NCBI RefSeq assembly: GCF_964204645.1
Contig: NC_134026.1
Location: forward strand, 24,648,150-24,712,149
Reading direction: 5' to 3'
Length of the DNA stretch: 64,000 nt
DNA from: Tubulanus polymorphus
Taxonomy: Eukaryota > Animalia > Nemertea
Positions 51,468 through 64,000 of this stretch are shown in pieces. The position numbers and the translations under genes were made by a program. The stretch's first letter is position 1, and every line of letters begins with the position of its first letter. The notes beneath the pieces were generated by a model. It was given only the letters and a program-made list of their open reading frames with translations, had not been told where the DNA came from and did not search any database.

Positions 51468-54400
51468 ATGGCAGGTGAGTAGTAATACTTTTCTGGTGTT
51501 GACATATTTCCTTCTTTTTTTAGATCAAAGCAATTTTCTTTCTGTTTTAGCTCCACCAAGACCACCTGCACCTATTGTTGGGAAGGTCACCCATCACACT
51601 ATACTAATATCCTGGGTAGAAGCCTATGAACGTTTAAGTACGACAGTTAAAAAGGGTGATGGAAGAATAAGAGTTGTACTTCAAGAAGAAGATAAAAGTT
51701 GCCAATGGGGAAATGCTTACACGTAAGTTCTTTCAATTCTCTTTTTTTCAGAATATGCTCATATTTCAATGCTGTCCTGCTCGCGCAGCAATTTGCCCAA
51801 AAAATCATTGTTCATTGTTTTCATTGTAAATCAATCAGTCAAACTTGCTTAATCCGGATTTGATCTAATCCGGACAATATTTGCAGTAGGCCCCTACATT
51901 TTTCAAGAAAATGACTTTTAATCCAGATTTCCCTTTACAAACCAGATGAATTTTGTTAGTCCCAAATGATCTGAATCAAGAGGATTCTACTGGTGTATGT
52001 TTGATGTATTTTGGTCCCAATTATCAACGAAAGATTTTGCTCAATTTAGATACAGAATCTTGTGCTTATCTTGTTCCTAATAAGGCCTCTCAATTTAGAT
52101 ACAGAATCTTGTGCTTATCTTCTTCCTAATAAGGCCTACTGTTGCCATATGTAGCCTTTCACAAAAACATGCTTGTGATATAAATTTGAAAAAGCAAATC
52201 ATGAACAGTTCATATTTACATTAATTATTGAATCAACCTACAGCTTCATACAGAATTTGTTTGTTTGGTAGAGAGCACGCCTGGTAATCCTAATGAACAT
52301 ATCGATTAAATCTACGCTTATCTAAATATCTATCTGTTTAATTTCAACGCATGGCGAAATCGATTTACTGGCATGGCCAGCCAAACTTAAAAGACTGTAC
52401 ACAAATACACAGAAAAGTTGTCGAAGTGTAAACCCATTAATAATTTAGTTCTCGGTGCTGCTGTTAAATAAGTGCAATATCTTTTCAACTGGAAACATTA
52501 GAAAGTGATTAATCATATTTTTGTTGGAATAATAGTCAAAAGGTGAGAGACGACTGAAAGGGCAACTGAAACTATTCACTGGTGCATGTCAACTGGTCGC
52601 TTTACTTTTCCTTCATATATATATATATATATACAAATATACATATCTTTGTGGAAAGATTTTGACAAGTTTCAGGACGTCTGCTGTACAGTCTTTGAAG
52701 TCATGCCCAAACATAACCTTAAATTAATTTTTTTTCAAGTCTTGATTCTTTCAGTTTCACTTGTATTTTGTATTATTGCGTGTGAATTTTATTCATATAC
52801 AATTGATACAAGTTATTTAAACAGGTATTAGTGAACATTCTAGTATATCGCTTCAGATACCATTGTCAAATCTAATGGGCTAGCATTAAAAAGAGTGTAG
52901 ATCATTTTTGAATTGCAATGGTAAGACTATCACCACAGTATGAGATATAAACCTGATATTCTTTGGACTTGGGGAAGACTATCAACGAAAATCATGCTTG
53001 TTCCATTGACACAAATTCTAGGACTGAATTGAGTTGATTTCCAAGTAAAAATTTGAAAAAAAGAAAGATTCATGTATTTGCAGAGGTTACGCTAAGTCCC
53101 ATGTTGTTGAAGGACTGGAAGCATTGACGAAGTATAGATTCAGAATGTGTTTTAAGAATGACCACGGCGAGAGTGACTGGAGTGCTCCTGTTGTTGTTAT
53201 GACTACAAGTGAGTTCGTGCTGTCTGTTATTACGGAGATAATTCACCATCATTTGATCGCAGACCGAAATGCAATTTCGAAAGCTTACTACAAGTTTTTA
53301 TGCTGATTGATTCGTTTTTTTGTGTGTCATTAATGGCAGTTGATATTACGGCATTGCGTGCCATTGAATCCTGAACTTGAATAGACCGCCTGCAAGAACA
53401 TGATATCAAGCGACACATATTAATGGTTGTATCATTGATTTTTGCAGTTTGAAGACGTCAGTCCTGCTCTTAATAAATCAACATGTACTTCCTGATGAGA
53501 GAATTTTTATGCAAACTGTATATGAGTTTAGCGATTATGTTTTTTATAGACATGAAAGATTATATAAGGATGACGAATGGTTTATTCCTTTCTATTTATT
53601 ACTTTCAGAGGAACCATTGACTGGAGTGCATTTACATAAAGCTGTTATTCATCGCGATATCGATGGTATTGAGAAAGTTCTTAATACTAGGTACATGTAT
53701 ATACTCTTTTGGTAAACATATTTCATTTATGGCTGGTCGCCGTTCTTGTACCAGCAATGACAAGGTTTTACTTTTTGTCTCGTGCTATGTTTTGCAGTGA
53801 TGTGAACATTGATGTGAATGATAAATCAGGAAATTCACCGTTGATGGTTGCTTCACAGAAAGGATATTTGGAGTATGAGTTAAAAAAATGAATTTTTCTA
53901 TTTGATAGAGTTATTTTGGTTCGTCTTGAGATGCTGTTTATTTATTCATTTCTTTGATAGTGTTGTTAATGCATTGATTAAGCGAGGGGCTGATGTCAAC
54001 CTTCAAGATGAAACGGGAAAAACAAGGTAAGTGGACCTATCAGAGGATGCGATATGAAAATTATGTCTTTCTTGAATGACATGTTATTTTCAATCTACAA
54101 TAGTTTGATGTTGGCCTGCTATGCTGGAAGACTGAATATCGTTGAAATTTTGCGTGAAAACCAAGCATCATATACGATTAAAGATAAAAACGGCGCTATA
54201 GCTATTCACTCAGCGTGTGATGGTCAGAATTTAGAAGTTATCAAGTATTTGATCGATGATGGAGCGGATGTTAATGCAAGAGACACCACTTCAGGATGGA
54301 CACCTCTTCACCGATGTGGTAAGTTTTCATTTTATAATTTGATTATGTATCTTCTTATAGATACGAGATCACCTCTTATCGTATTTTATGCTTACAGTGA

Positions 54401-55308
54401 AATGTGAAAGTTAAAATTGAAAGTAAGGACTAAGTATTATCTGCATGATTGCTATTTCTGTTTTGAGTTGACCAAGTCCGCTTTGAACGAAAATCCATGA
54501 GCTCACTGATCAAGTGTTTGATCCCCATTACTCCATTAGCAATGTACACCATTGAGTGAATTACTCTGCTGTATATTTGCACAGCAAACACCGTTTTCAG
54601 CATGTGTGCGTATAGGTTTTTCTGGGACAACCAAATATTAATTTGCACTGATTCAAGTTTTTCAAATGATCTGGTTATGTGGCATTGTTGAATCCATTAT
54701 CAAATATATCGTTTTGAGATTTCTGATTTTGAGATGAAGCTTTTATCTTTTAAATGAATTATCAATATCCCGATTTCACTCATCTCTATTTCAAGCTGCT
54801 ATCGGTGGAAATAAAGAAGTTGCCAATTTGTTGATAAGAAAAGGTGCAGTAATCGAGTCGAAGGACAACGATGGGAAAACGCCATTAATGATCGCAGTTG
54901 TATATGGTCATCAAGGATTAGTGGAGCTACTTCTACATTATAAAGCTGATATATATGCAACTAATGTGGTATATATCAAATTATTCTAGATCGGATTTTA
55001 CACGCAATAAGGATTGTTAGAGGTATATTTGCTCTATGAATGAATTGTTTGTTTCTTTTAGTATGGTAAGAGTATATATGAAATGGCCCTGTCAATGGAA
55101 CGCCAGGTAAATGAAAGGTTATTGTCGAGGGAATGTTGTTATTTACATAATACATATTTGTCATGGATTACTACTACATCTGAGATCAATTTGTCTTGAC
55201 TGAGTATGCATGGTTTCATTTTTGCAGCGGGTCATCAAAACTATTGAAGATCACATGCAGCTACAGCAGGTGCAAAAGTATGAATTTGTTGAAGGCGAAA
55301 TGACATAA
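51468..55308 (+). CDS. FANK1: Fibronectin type III and ankyrin repeat domain protein 1
   Basis: Exons ~51468-51474, 51551-51722, 53083-53208, 53609-53690, 53798-53872, 53961-54026, 54103-54318, 54796-54968, 55061-55086, 55228-55308. FN3 domain (PPAPIVGKVTHHTILISW..GYAKSHVVEGLEALTKYRFR..SDWS) followed by ankyrin repeats (SPLMVASQKG, SLMLACYAG, GWTPLHR, GKTPLMIAV). Confidence 0.92.
51836..51992. mobile_element. Degenerate pogo/Tigger-like MITE remnant in a FANK1 intron
   Basis: Ends cagtcaaacttgcttaatccggat and (reverse complement) cagtagaatcctcttgattcagat, with repeated taatccgga motifs. Confidence 0.4.
52040..52137. repeat. 49-bp tandem duplication (two copies, one mismatch)
   Basis: ctcaatttagatacagaatcttgtgcttatctt(g/c)ttcctaataaggcct repeated directly. 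Confidence 0.95.
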
Positions 55309-57064
55309 AGACAGTCATTAGGAGCGTAATGAAATGTTTACAAACCTGTTTATGAACTGGACAGCACAGCAAAGCCTCATTGCTGAAAAATGTGATATAA
55401 CGATAATTTGATTGTTATTAGTGATCCGTCCATAATTTGACTAGAGTAAGAAATAAACAAATGTTCAAAATGTATAGAAGTTTTGTTATCTGTATTCTAT
55501 GAGTGTGTGTGTAATTTAGGATATAAAATCGTTTAAAATCCTTTTCTAAGAATCCTTTTTTTTCAATGAAAATTTACTCTGCTTTCTCTAGAATGATATT
55601 GATTTTACACATAACTGTGCAGACCAATTCTGTGGGACATAAACCTGGCTTTAAACCAGTTCGAATAGCCCTAGGGTATGGTGAAACTAGGGTAGTCTAA
55701 ATCAGCTAAAGCTATACACTAGTTCCTAGAATAGAAGTATTGAGATCTGACATTAGTAATATCTAGTTTGTATTCGTCAATACTCAAAAGGTTCATGTTA
55801 CAGAAAATCTTAAGACACCGCTAAAAAGATTGCTCGTGATATTTTTAGAAACGTGCATAGTTCCAATATGTATCTGTCACAAGAGTATGACATGTGTCAG
55901 ACAGGATTCAAGAGGTTATTTCTGTAGAATTTTTTTACAATAACCTCAAACGTAAGGTTATTTCTTTCTTCTCTGACCTGTTCAACGTACTGGTATTTGT
56001 CTTGTTCTATTTACTTGCCCCAGGGGAAAATATAAACCCAAACCCTCTTACAGAGTAAGATAATACATATGTGCAAACTGTAAAAGAATTGACTTATGTA
56101 TTCGTTCCCAGATAAGGAATTGTTTTGGAGACACTATTTATCTTTTTAAGGCGTTTGTGTGAAACATCAAGGAAAACGCCCACAAATATTGTTCTAAACC
56201 CTGGAAAATGTTGAACCTGATAATGTTGTACGCTTATTATATATATTTCCTATTATAAAGCTACATTATAAAGTTACATGTGCAATAAATGTATATGCTT
56301 TAGAGAATAATTCGCGTTAAGTGATATTTTAATTTTCATAACCTGCACTTCCCAGAGAAGGAATTGTAATGGTCGACCCATTAGAGGTGTCCGGCTGGCG
56401 ATTGATTTCCACGGTTGATTTGAATTGAAATGTGTGGGAATTAATCCAAGGATAAAAAAGCTACTTTTGGACTTTCAGCTTGTGATGTGCCAGTATGATA
56501 TAGTTTTCAAACTATCTAGAACAAGTGTTACGTAAAACGGGCTAATTACCCAAGTCACTGCCCGATTTAGACGATATTGACGAGATAATCATTAGATCTG
56601 ACATGCATCCCGTGTCTACCCCAACCATTTAAATGTTGATAATTATCTAACGTAATTACCGTAAATTGGAATTTGCGCGATAACATTATCTATACCATTG
56701 ACCTTTATAACTGACAAAATCGAAAGCATTCTTAAATATCATGTATTATCGTCGGGGCAAGAGAACCCACTACTAAAAACAAAGGTAAGAATGTTTCTTC
56801 AGCATAGATTCGATGATTATGTGTTTTCGCCAAATGAGACGATTGACTTAATTTCTAAGCGTTCGAATTTTATTACCGGCCTCATTTGCGCGCATGCTTG
56901 AATTGCCAATTTCGTCAACAACAAGCCAATACAGATCCTACAAACTGTACTTAAAACTGTTGAAATAGCTATATAAGTACATCCATTTCAAGTACGATAT
57001 CATTTTACATCATTCTACTGCCTTTTTAGAGATTTTTCACGGTTTTCGTCGGTGGCAGTTGATA

Positions 57065-60000
57065 ATGCCTAGTGAGGAATATGAACTTGATTGTCGAGAT
57101 GGGCACAAAGCAGGTGTCACTGAAACATTTATAACGACGGAGCCCGAGGAGGAAACATATAACCAGCTAAACGATACTAACAAATTGATATACGGGGTTG
57201 ATGATAACCCTCCCATCCACATGTCAATATTATTTTCGCTACAAGTAAGGAATTAAATTATCCATATCACCTTTTAACGCTCCCCTTTGCTGATGACAGA
57301 GGTCAATGCAGGGGGTTCAGGTTTAGGAGGGAAAAGGCACAGTTCCGCAGTTTTTGTGTAATAGATGATTATAGGGGTCCATTCACTGCATTTTGAAATT
57401 TTCCCTGACCACCCCCCCCCCCCCTCAAATATAAGGGCCCGATGAGTTCAAGTCCGGACGTCCTGAAGCCCTCTAAATCTGGCCCTTTAATGAGACTAGC
57501 TAACAAGAAAACATTTCGAAGGTTTTTCATATAGTTCGCACATAATTTGATCATTGAGTACACATCAATAAAACAATGACAGCTTGAAATTATGTTTTTC
57601 AGCAAATTTTGTTGAGTCTAAGCTCCACGATCACATTAGCGGTCATAGTAAACGATCAAATATGTGCAAAAAATTTCCCTACAGTCAGAGCAGAGATTTT
57701 GTCAACTAGTTTGGTGATTTGTGGAATCACGACTCTTATACAGAATACTGTGGGCGTACGGTTCGTATCTAATTTTCTGAAATAGGGACCCGATCTATCT
57801 AGTTAAAAACACATTAGATCTTAGGAAGAGAGTTCAAATATCCGAATAACCATAGAAGCGATAACATTAAAAACCTCATTTTCTAATGAGTAAATACAGT
57901 TTATTAACACGAACGTTTTCGGGATCATATCCCCTCATCAGGTGAAATACAAGTGAATCAAATGATTAAAAATCAAATGATCAAAAACACATTAATAACA
58001 AACAGATCATCATAAACGAAATTGATTGTATGTGAAGATGATTTTCAGCATTCATTACTACTTCAAATAATCAAATGTATGTTAACAAATTTGATCGTTC
58101 ATCGTTCCATAAATTCCTTGATATATTGATTCACTATAGAGTTCCAATATTGCAAGGCGGATGCCATAAATTTGTTCCGGCCATCGTCGCGTTGATGTCT
58201 TTAGAAAAATGGTCTTGTCCAGTAGTCAATGTCGTTAATTCAGGTATAGATTCCCACCAAGATTTTTTACAAGATCCCCCGACCTTCTTCGTATATAAGA
58301 TAATTCAGTTAAACTGATTTTGGAAGTTCTGATTCACTTTCGTAGAAACGCTCAATTCAACTATTTTAAACATATCGACCATCAACACAACCGATCCTGA
58401 CATTGTCTGGAAAATCCGCATAAGAGAGGTCCGTATAATCGATGGAAGCAATAAGATTTTGTCCTAGAACTTTTTCTTTATATAAATACGAGTTATTTCT
58501 TTCATTAGATTCAAGGTGGTGTATTGCTGGCATCAGTTGTTCAGTTGATGATTGGCTGTACAGGATTACTTGGATTAATCATTAATTTTGTCGGTCCTTT
58601 GACTATCATGCCCACTATCAGTTTAGTCGGTATTTCGATGTTCAAAGTGGCTCTAGGATTCACCCAGATAAATTGGGGAATTGCCGGCTTGTAAGTAGAG
58701 AAAATAAACACTATACACCCAATTTGTATTTGTAGACTCTACGAAATGGTGTATTTCAAATACAATTTTGAATTTCTCTTATAGGACAATTACCTTCATG
58801 CTAATGTTTACTTTATATTTGGCAAAAATAAAGATTCCTTTTTTCGTGTGGACTCGGAAAAAGGGGTTTCGAGTTGTACATTACCAAGTTTTTCAACTAT
58901 TGCCTGTAAGCATTTCTTTCCTCCAAGATTTAATGAGTATTTTGAATGATTGACATGTAGATGTAGATGATACATAATTTTCATATTCTAGGTAATATTG
59001 TCAGTGATCCTCAGTTGGTCATTGTGTGCCATATTGACGTATTTTGAAGTATTCCCAAATGATCCGTCTGAATTGGGATACGGGGCTCGAACTGACGCGT
59101 CGATACAGGCTCTTCATAATTCACAATGGTTCTATGTCCCTTATCCAGGTAGAAAATGTAAAAAATGTACAACTGAATTCCAGTTTTCTCCGAAGGAATA
59201 AAGTTCTTATACTTTCGTGCTCAGGTCAGTGGGGAACACCGACATTCAGCTTTGCCAGTTTTCTCGCGATGATGGCCGCCACTTTTTCGTCGATCATCGA
59301 ATCCGTCGGGGATTATTACGCTTCAGCGAGGATAAGCTTACAACCTCCGATACCAGCTCATGCGATTAACAGGGGAATAGCCATGGAAGGCGTTGGTGGT
59401 ATTTTGGCTGGGGCGTTCGGTTCAGGCGGCGGCGTTACTTCTTACAGTCAGAATGTGGGGGCAATTGGCTTCACAAAGGTACGCTTATGATCTAAGTCTA
59501 TACGAAAAAAACATTATATCGACATGAAGAAAATGAAGTTTATATCAGATATCTCTGTTGACCTGAGTTTTCGCCCAATTACTTTCTGAAGTTTCCCGCT
59601 GCAGGTTGCTAGTCGAAGAGTATTTCAAATAGCTGGGATAATGTTTATCCTAGCTGGAGTATTTGGTAAATTTGGTGCCATACTGACGATGATGCCCGCT
59701 CCAGTTTTAGGTGGAGTAATAACGATGACTTTTGGGATGGTGATTTCCATAGGTTTGTCGACGTTGCAATACGTCGATCTTTCTTCAAATCGGAATCACT
59801 GCATTATTGGGTTTTCAATGATGATGGGATTGATGTTACCGTCCTGGGTGAAAAATAATGAAAATTCTATAAAAACAGGTATGTAAACGTTGACAACAGG
59901 TGCATTTCGTAATGAATATTTTTATCTGTTGTAATATTTTGTGTAAATATTCCAGGAAATAACGAATTTGACCAGGCATTAAAGGTCATTCTGAGTACTG

Positions 60001-60361
60001 GTATGTTTGTTGGAGGATTGATTGGATTTGTTTTGGATAACACTGTTCCAGGTATGTATCTTAGTTTTGCTATCGAACTGGAGAATGCAGCAACCATTAG
60101 GCGATCTCATTAAGGCATTAAAAAGGTTGAACAAATTTTTACTTTTAAGGTACTGCCGAAGAACGCGGGATTTTAAAGTGGCGACAAGATGCATCAAACT
60201 CTGGGGCCCTGGCTGGCAAAGACTCTTCTTACGATCTTCCATATGTAACGCGTTGGTTGAAAAGACAGAAATGGTCAAAATATATTCCCGTCCTGCCATC
60301 ATACAAGCAGGTTGTCAATATTAGATGTTGTTCGCGTTCATGCAAAGATGTAAAACATTGA
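57065..60361 (+). CDS. SLC23/NAT (nucleobase-ascorbate transporter) family member
   Basis: Exons give [154 protein letters not shown]. This includes the NAT signature [QEP]NxGxxxxT[RK]. Confidence 0.95.
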
Positions 60362-62829
60362 ATGACATGCATTAGCATATAAACTAGTTTCCGGTTATTT
60401 TCAGGGTATAATTGATTATGAATGTTATTGTTTCTTCATCTACCAGGTTTAATGCCTTTCTAATTTCATATAAATACCAGCGGAAATCTGCTAGATGAAT
60501 TTACATATACATGTACTTATATTTGGAAGAATCAACTGATGTCATAGAGAAAATAATTCAAGGGTTTCAAGACTAATCTATACAAAAACGAGAATTGCAA
60601 TGTACTTCATTGTCTAATTACAAGTGAAGTGTCCTTAATCATAGGCTTCGCGGGGGTTATAAAATAACCTAGTCATTAGCACAGACAGGTGCCGAGATAA
60701 TACCAGTTTGAAGTCAAATCATTATCCATATGCCATTTATAATCATAACCAGTTGGTTGACTACGCGTTCCTCGTGCTCGGCATTTGTCCATTGTAATTT
60801 GACACGAGACATTGATCGAAGCAATTCCTATACAAATAAAGACGACAGATGACAAAAGAGACTAAGATATTTTCCAACAAATTTATTGTTAATCACATGT
60901 AAACAGTAACAAAACACAGCCATCTACACATCAGTAACTGCACGACCAAAATAAATCAAAATTGCACAATCATTCTTCATATCCAACTCATTAACTATTT
61001 AACTTCATTATCGTGAATATGATTCAATAAATACTATTGTGGAGTAAATTATAGCTTAACTTTTGAAAAACGGAGTAAACTTGAGATTTCTACGATATCT
61101 TCAGATACGTTGAAGGAATTCCAGAGCTTACCCTCAACTTAAGTAGTAGAACTAGAGGGTCTAGGGACACATAGTACCTCTTGGCGAAATCGCGAACCTA
61201 CTTGAACTCGACAATCTGACAATTCTTATATTCCGGGCCCTCTGAATGAATGCAGAAATGGAGATTTTGAAAATCACCACAAATCATAGAACATGTCTAG
61301 AATTTTGCAACTGATTGTGGTTACAAAATTTGCAGTGTCCATGGTCAATCTCATTTATGACTGTCAATGAATTTTTTGACTCCAATTCCAGGACTTACAT
61401 ATAATCGATATAAGCGTCATGCTTAAGCCAGGGATTCTGAAATCTACATTTTCCAGGCATTCTTATAATCAGTATATTTTAAGAGCTGTAAAAGTGAACT
61501 TGTATCTTCGATCTGCTTATGACTGGTGCCATTCAAGGACCATCACGATTTAATAATATTAGAGCCCATTCCATAATACACAAGGCCTTGAATTGACCGA
61601 TTCCCATTTCAAAACTTTAAAGGACCTTCAAGGACTGCTAGGAACCCTGTCATCTTGATTCTGATCAGGCCACTTATTGGGCAGTAGATGTACATAAGGT
61701 AGATACATGTATAAACCAAATATCAAGAAAATCCATTGAAATTCCAAAAATAACTGGATATTCCGTTTATTGACCGACAAAATGTGAACGCAATAACCTG
61801 CTGGGGGTATGCCCCAAAACAAGTGGGCGAAAAAGGAAACAACATGAAAATATAACATAGAGTTGTTAACATATAACCAGAATCTACGAAGACAATTGAA
61901 GGCTAAGAAATGTGAGTAGCAAAAAACGTAGGCATTAAAATGCTTTGTTGTATAAACTACTACATGTAGAGAACGCTAGAGGGATAAACACTAGTAAAAT
62001 AATACGATTAAATGCAGGTTTATATAACTATGTGAGAACTGAAAAAAGGTGTTCGGAGAGCAATGACATGAAAGGTTCACCCCTGGCGAGTATTCAAACA
62101 GTGCGGAAGCCATTTTTTCAATTCAATGTGTAAGAGGTATTATAGTCATTTATCACAGGTGCAAAATGACACAATAAGAAAGGTATGTGACTAATAAAAA
62201 GATTTTGTTGAAAGTGCTTAAATCATTCAAATTACCCTATCATCACACTTACATCTTTCAAATCTACGCAATGATTACATTAATTACAAGAAATCCTTCT
62301 CTATATATGTCTTGCTATGAAGATAGATACATGTATGAAAAAACATGACAGAAATAGAATAAGCCAAGAAAGGTATTATGGCAGGATGAGAATAGGTTTT
62401 AAACAGGTACAAATGCCCCAGAGATACGGATCAAATACACACACTACCTTTACATAAAATCTATGGACATGATTGAAATAATGATTCTTAAAATTGATTT
62501 CAATCATCAATCATCTACCCGGTAAATGAATACTGCCGAATACTATATTTAACAAAAAAAAGTAAAGAATAATAGCTAGGAGCAACAAGGTTTCATCAAT
62601 TTCATAGAAAACAGGACGGAAAGAGTATTGATAACAATGAGAATAAGCATCTATTCAGTTGGTAGGATTTACAAGATATACAAATAATAACTACTTTGGC
62701 ACTGACTACCAAACTGTACATCTAAGTTAATATTTAGATCTAAAGCTTCTTATCCACATAATACAAAATATATTCAAAAATAACTTTTTTATCTAGAACC
62801 TCCAAGATCAATCAATGGTTATTTTCAGA

Positions 62830-64000
62830 TCAGACCATATGTTGTGGTTTACTTTTCACATCATTGAATGATATATCGTCTAATACACTGGCAAGAATGT
62901 TAGGACAACGCTTAATCACCACTCCCATCAAACGGTTCAGGAACACCTTTTGACGATGATGTTCTATTACATGGTCTTTCAATGCCTGCAGGATCTCCTC
63001 CTGCAATGAGAGAACAAGTCGGGGAATGAAAGCAATCAGAAAACCAGAATGATCCATTTACTACATGCTTTTCGTTCTGGTCAAGTCAGTTGAAAATTAC
63101 TTCTATTCTTAAAATTTCCTATCAGAAATAACTCATCATTTATAGTCACAAATCACACGGGTCTACTGTGCACTCATTGAAAATACATACCTTACTGCTG
63201 TTTCTCAAACTTTCCCAAATTGGTATATCATCATTCAGCAACTCATATGGGACATCTGTAAGGCAAGTTCAAATCTTTATTGACTTGGCAGATGAATTAA
63301 CAGCAAACTATATAGAATGGAAGTACAGGCACTTACCAACATCGCGGCTTACTGCATTAGACTCAGATATTTGCTGTAGATATTCCCTCCTCTCTTTTTC
63401 AAATGCCTTAACAGCAGCAGTCTGAAATACACAACTGAGATTATAGTAATGGGTACAAACAATCAAACAAGTTGATATCCTTCCTAAAAATCCAACGCAA
63501 ATAAAGAATGGTGGATAAGAACATAGGGAATCTCACAAATATAGCTTAATCAAAACATCTAGAACTCATGAATGGTTGTATATATAACCTTTTTCTACGG
63601 TAAATGGATAAGATGCAATACATGCAACATAAAGAGAAGCACCTTAACACCATCAGATAGTCACCACATGCATGTACCACTGGTTTAGGCCCAGGCACAC
63701 ATTTTCTGTACCTTTTTCTGCAGAGCTTTAGCTAAACATTGAATCTTCGTAACGAAAGTTGTAGCATCATCCTTCATGCAGCACATAAATCAGTTTAAAA
63801 TGTTAAAATTCTAAATTGAATTCTCTTTGAAACCTTTCATCCTGACACAAAATGACAAATATCCAACGACACATTAGCTAATGGCATATTTACTACACAC
63901 ACCTTTTTATCTTTATTCCAATCGAGCTTAGTTCCTAAAAGAGCATCATAATCAACATCTTCCACTTTCAATTTTTCAAGCAGATTGTACAACTGACGCC
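62830..64000 (-). CDS. 3' exons of a coiled-coil protein ending in a Rab11-FIP RBD-like domain; gene begins beyond the right edge
   Basis: Phase-consistent exons ~64000-63903, 63771-63712, 63422-63338, 63258-63191 and 63001-62830 give ..WESLRNSSKEEILQALKDHVIEHHRQKVFLNRLMGVVIKRCPNILASV.., resembling the FIP3/4 RBD (S.DELMEA...E..N.RL..YID.II..I....P.ILE). Confidence 0.55.

Noticed and set aside
57305-57490. G/C-tract region with poly-C and a ctaaatctggccct end resembling a common invertebrate interspersed element
   Set aside because: The termini are too degenerate to define; it cannot be supported without a genome-wide search.
1-64000. Most ORF-track entries of 60-130 aa (many with GTG/TTG starts)
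   Set aside because: This is eukaryotic DNA. They are exon read-throughs, antisense shadows of real exons, or random AT-rich ORFs without recognisable motifs.

Overview
AT-rich eukaryotic DNA from a compact invertebrate (metazoan) genome with GT-AG introns, many only 60-150 nt. Most entries in the ORF track are exon fragments or noise. I stitched exons by hand using splice sites and phase. Left to right: (1) the 5' ~31 kb of a MAST-family Ser/Thr kinase gene (minus strand, continuing off the left edge), with many candidate alternative first exons, one encoding a SAM-like domain; (2) LMBRD2 (-); (3) head-to-head with it, an intronless CRCP/RPC9 CDS (+), followed after a 47-nt gap by a 45-codon PIG-Y-like ORF absent from the ORF track; (4) CCDC74 (+); (5) RFC2 (-); (6) CHFR (-); (7) FANK1 (+); (8) an SLC23/NAT transporter (+); (9) the 3' end of a gene with a Rab11-FIP RBD-like C-terminus (-). 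Introns carry several fold-back/MITE-like elements, SINE-like fragments and short tandem duplications. The most interesting signal is the CRCP-PIGY arrangement, which is either bicistronic or an in-frame spliced fusion. Next are the MAST N-terminal exon array and a duplicated, mutually exclusive exon pair in CHFR. All homology calls are from remembered sequence motifs, not database searches.
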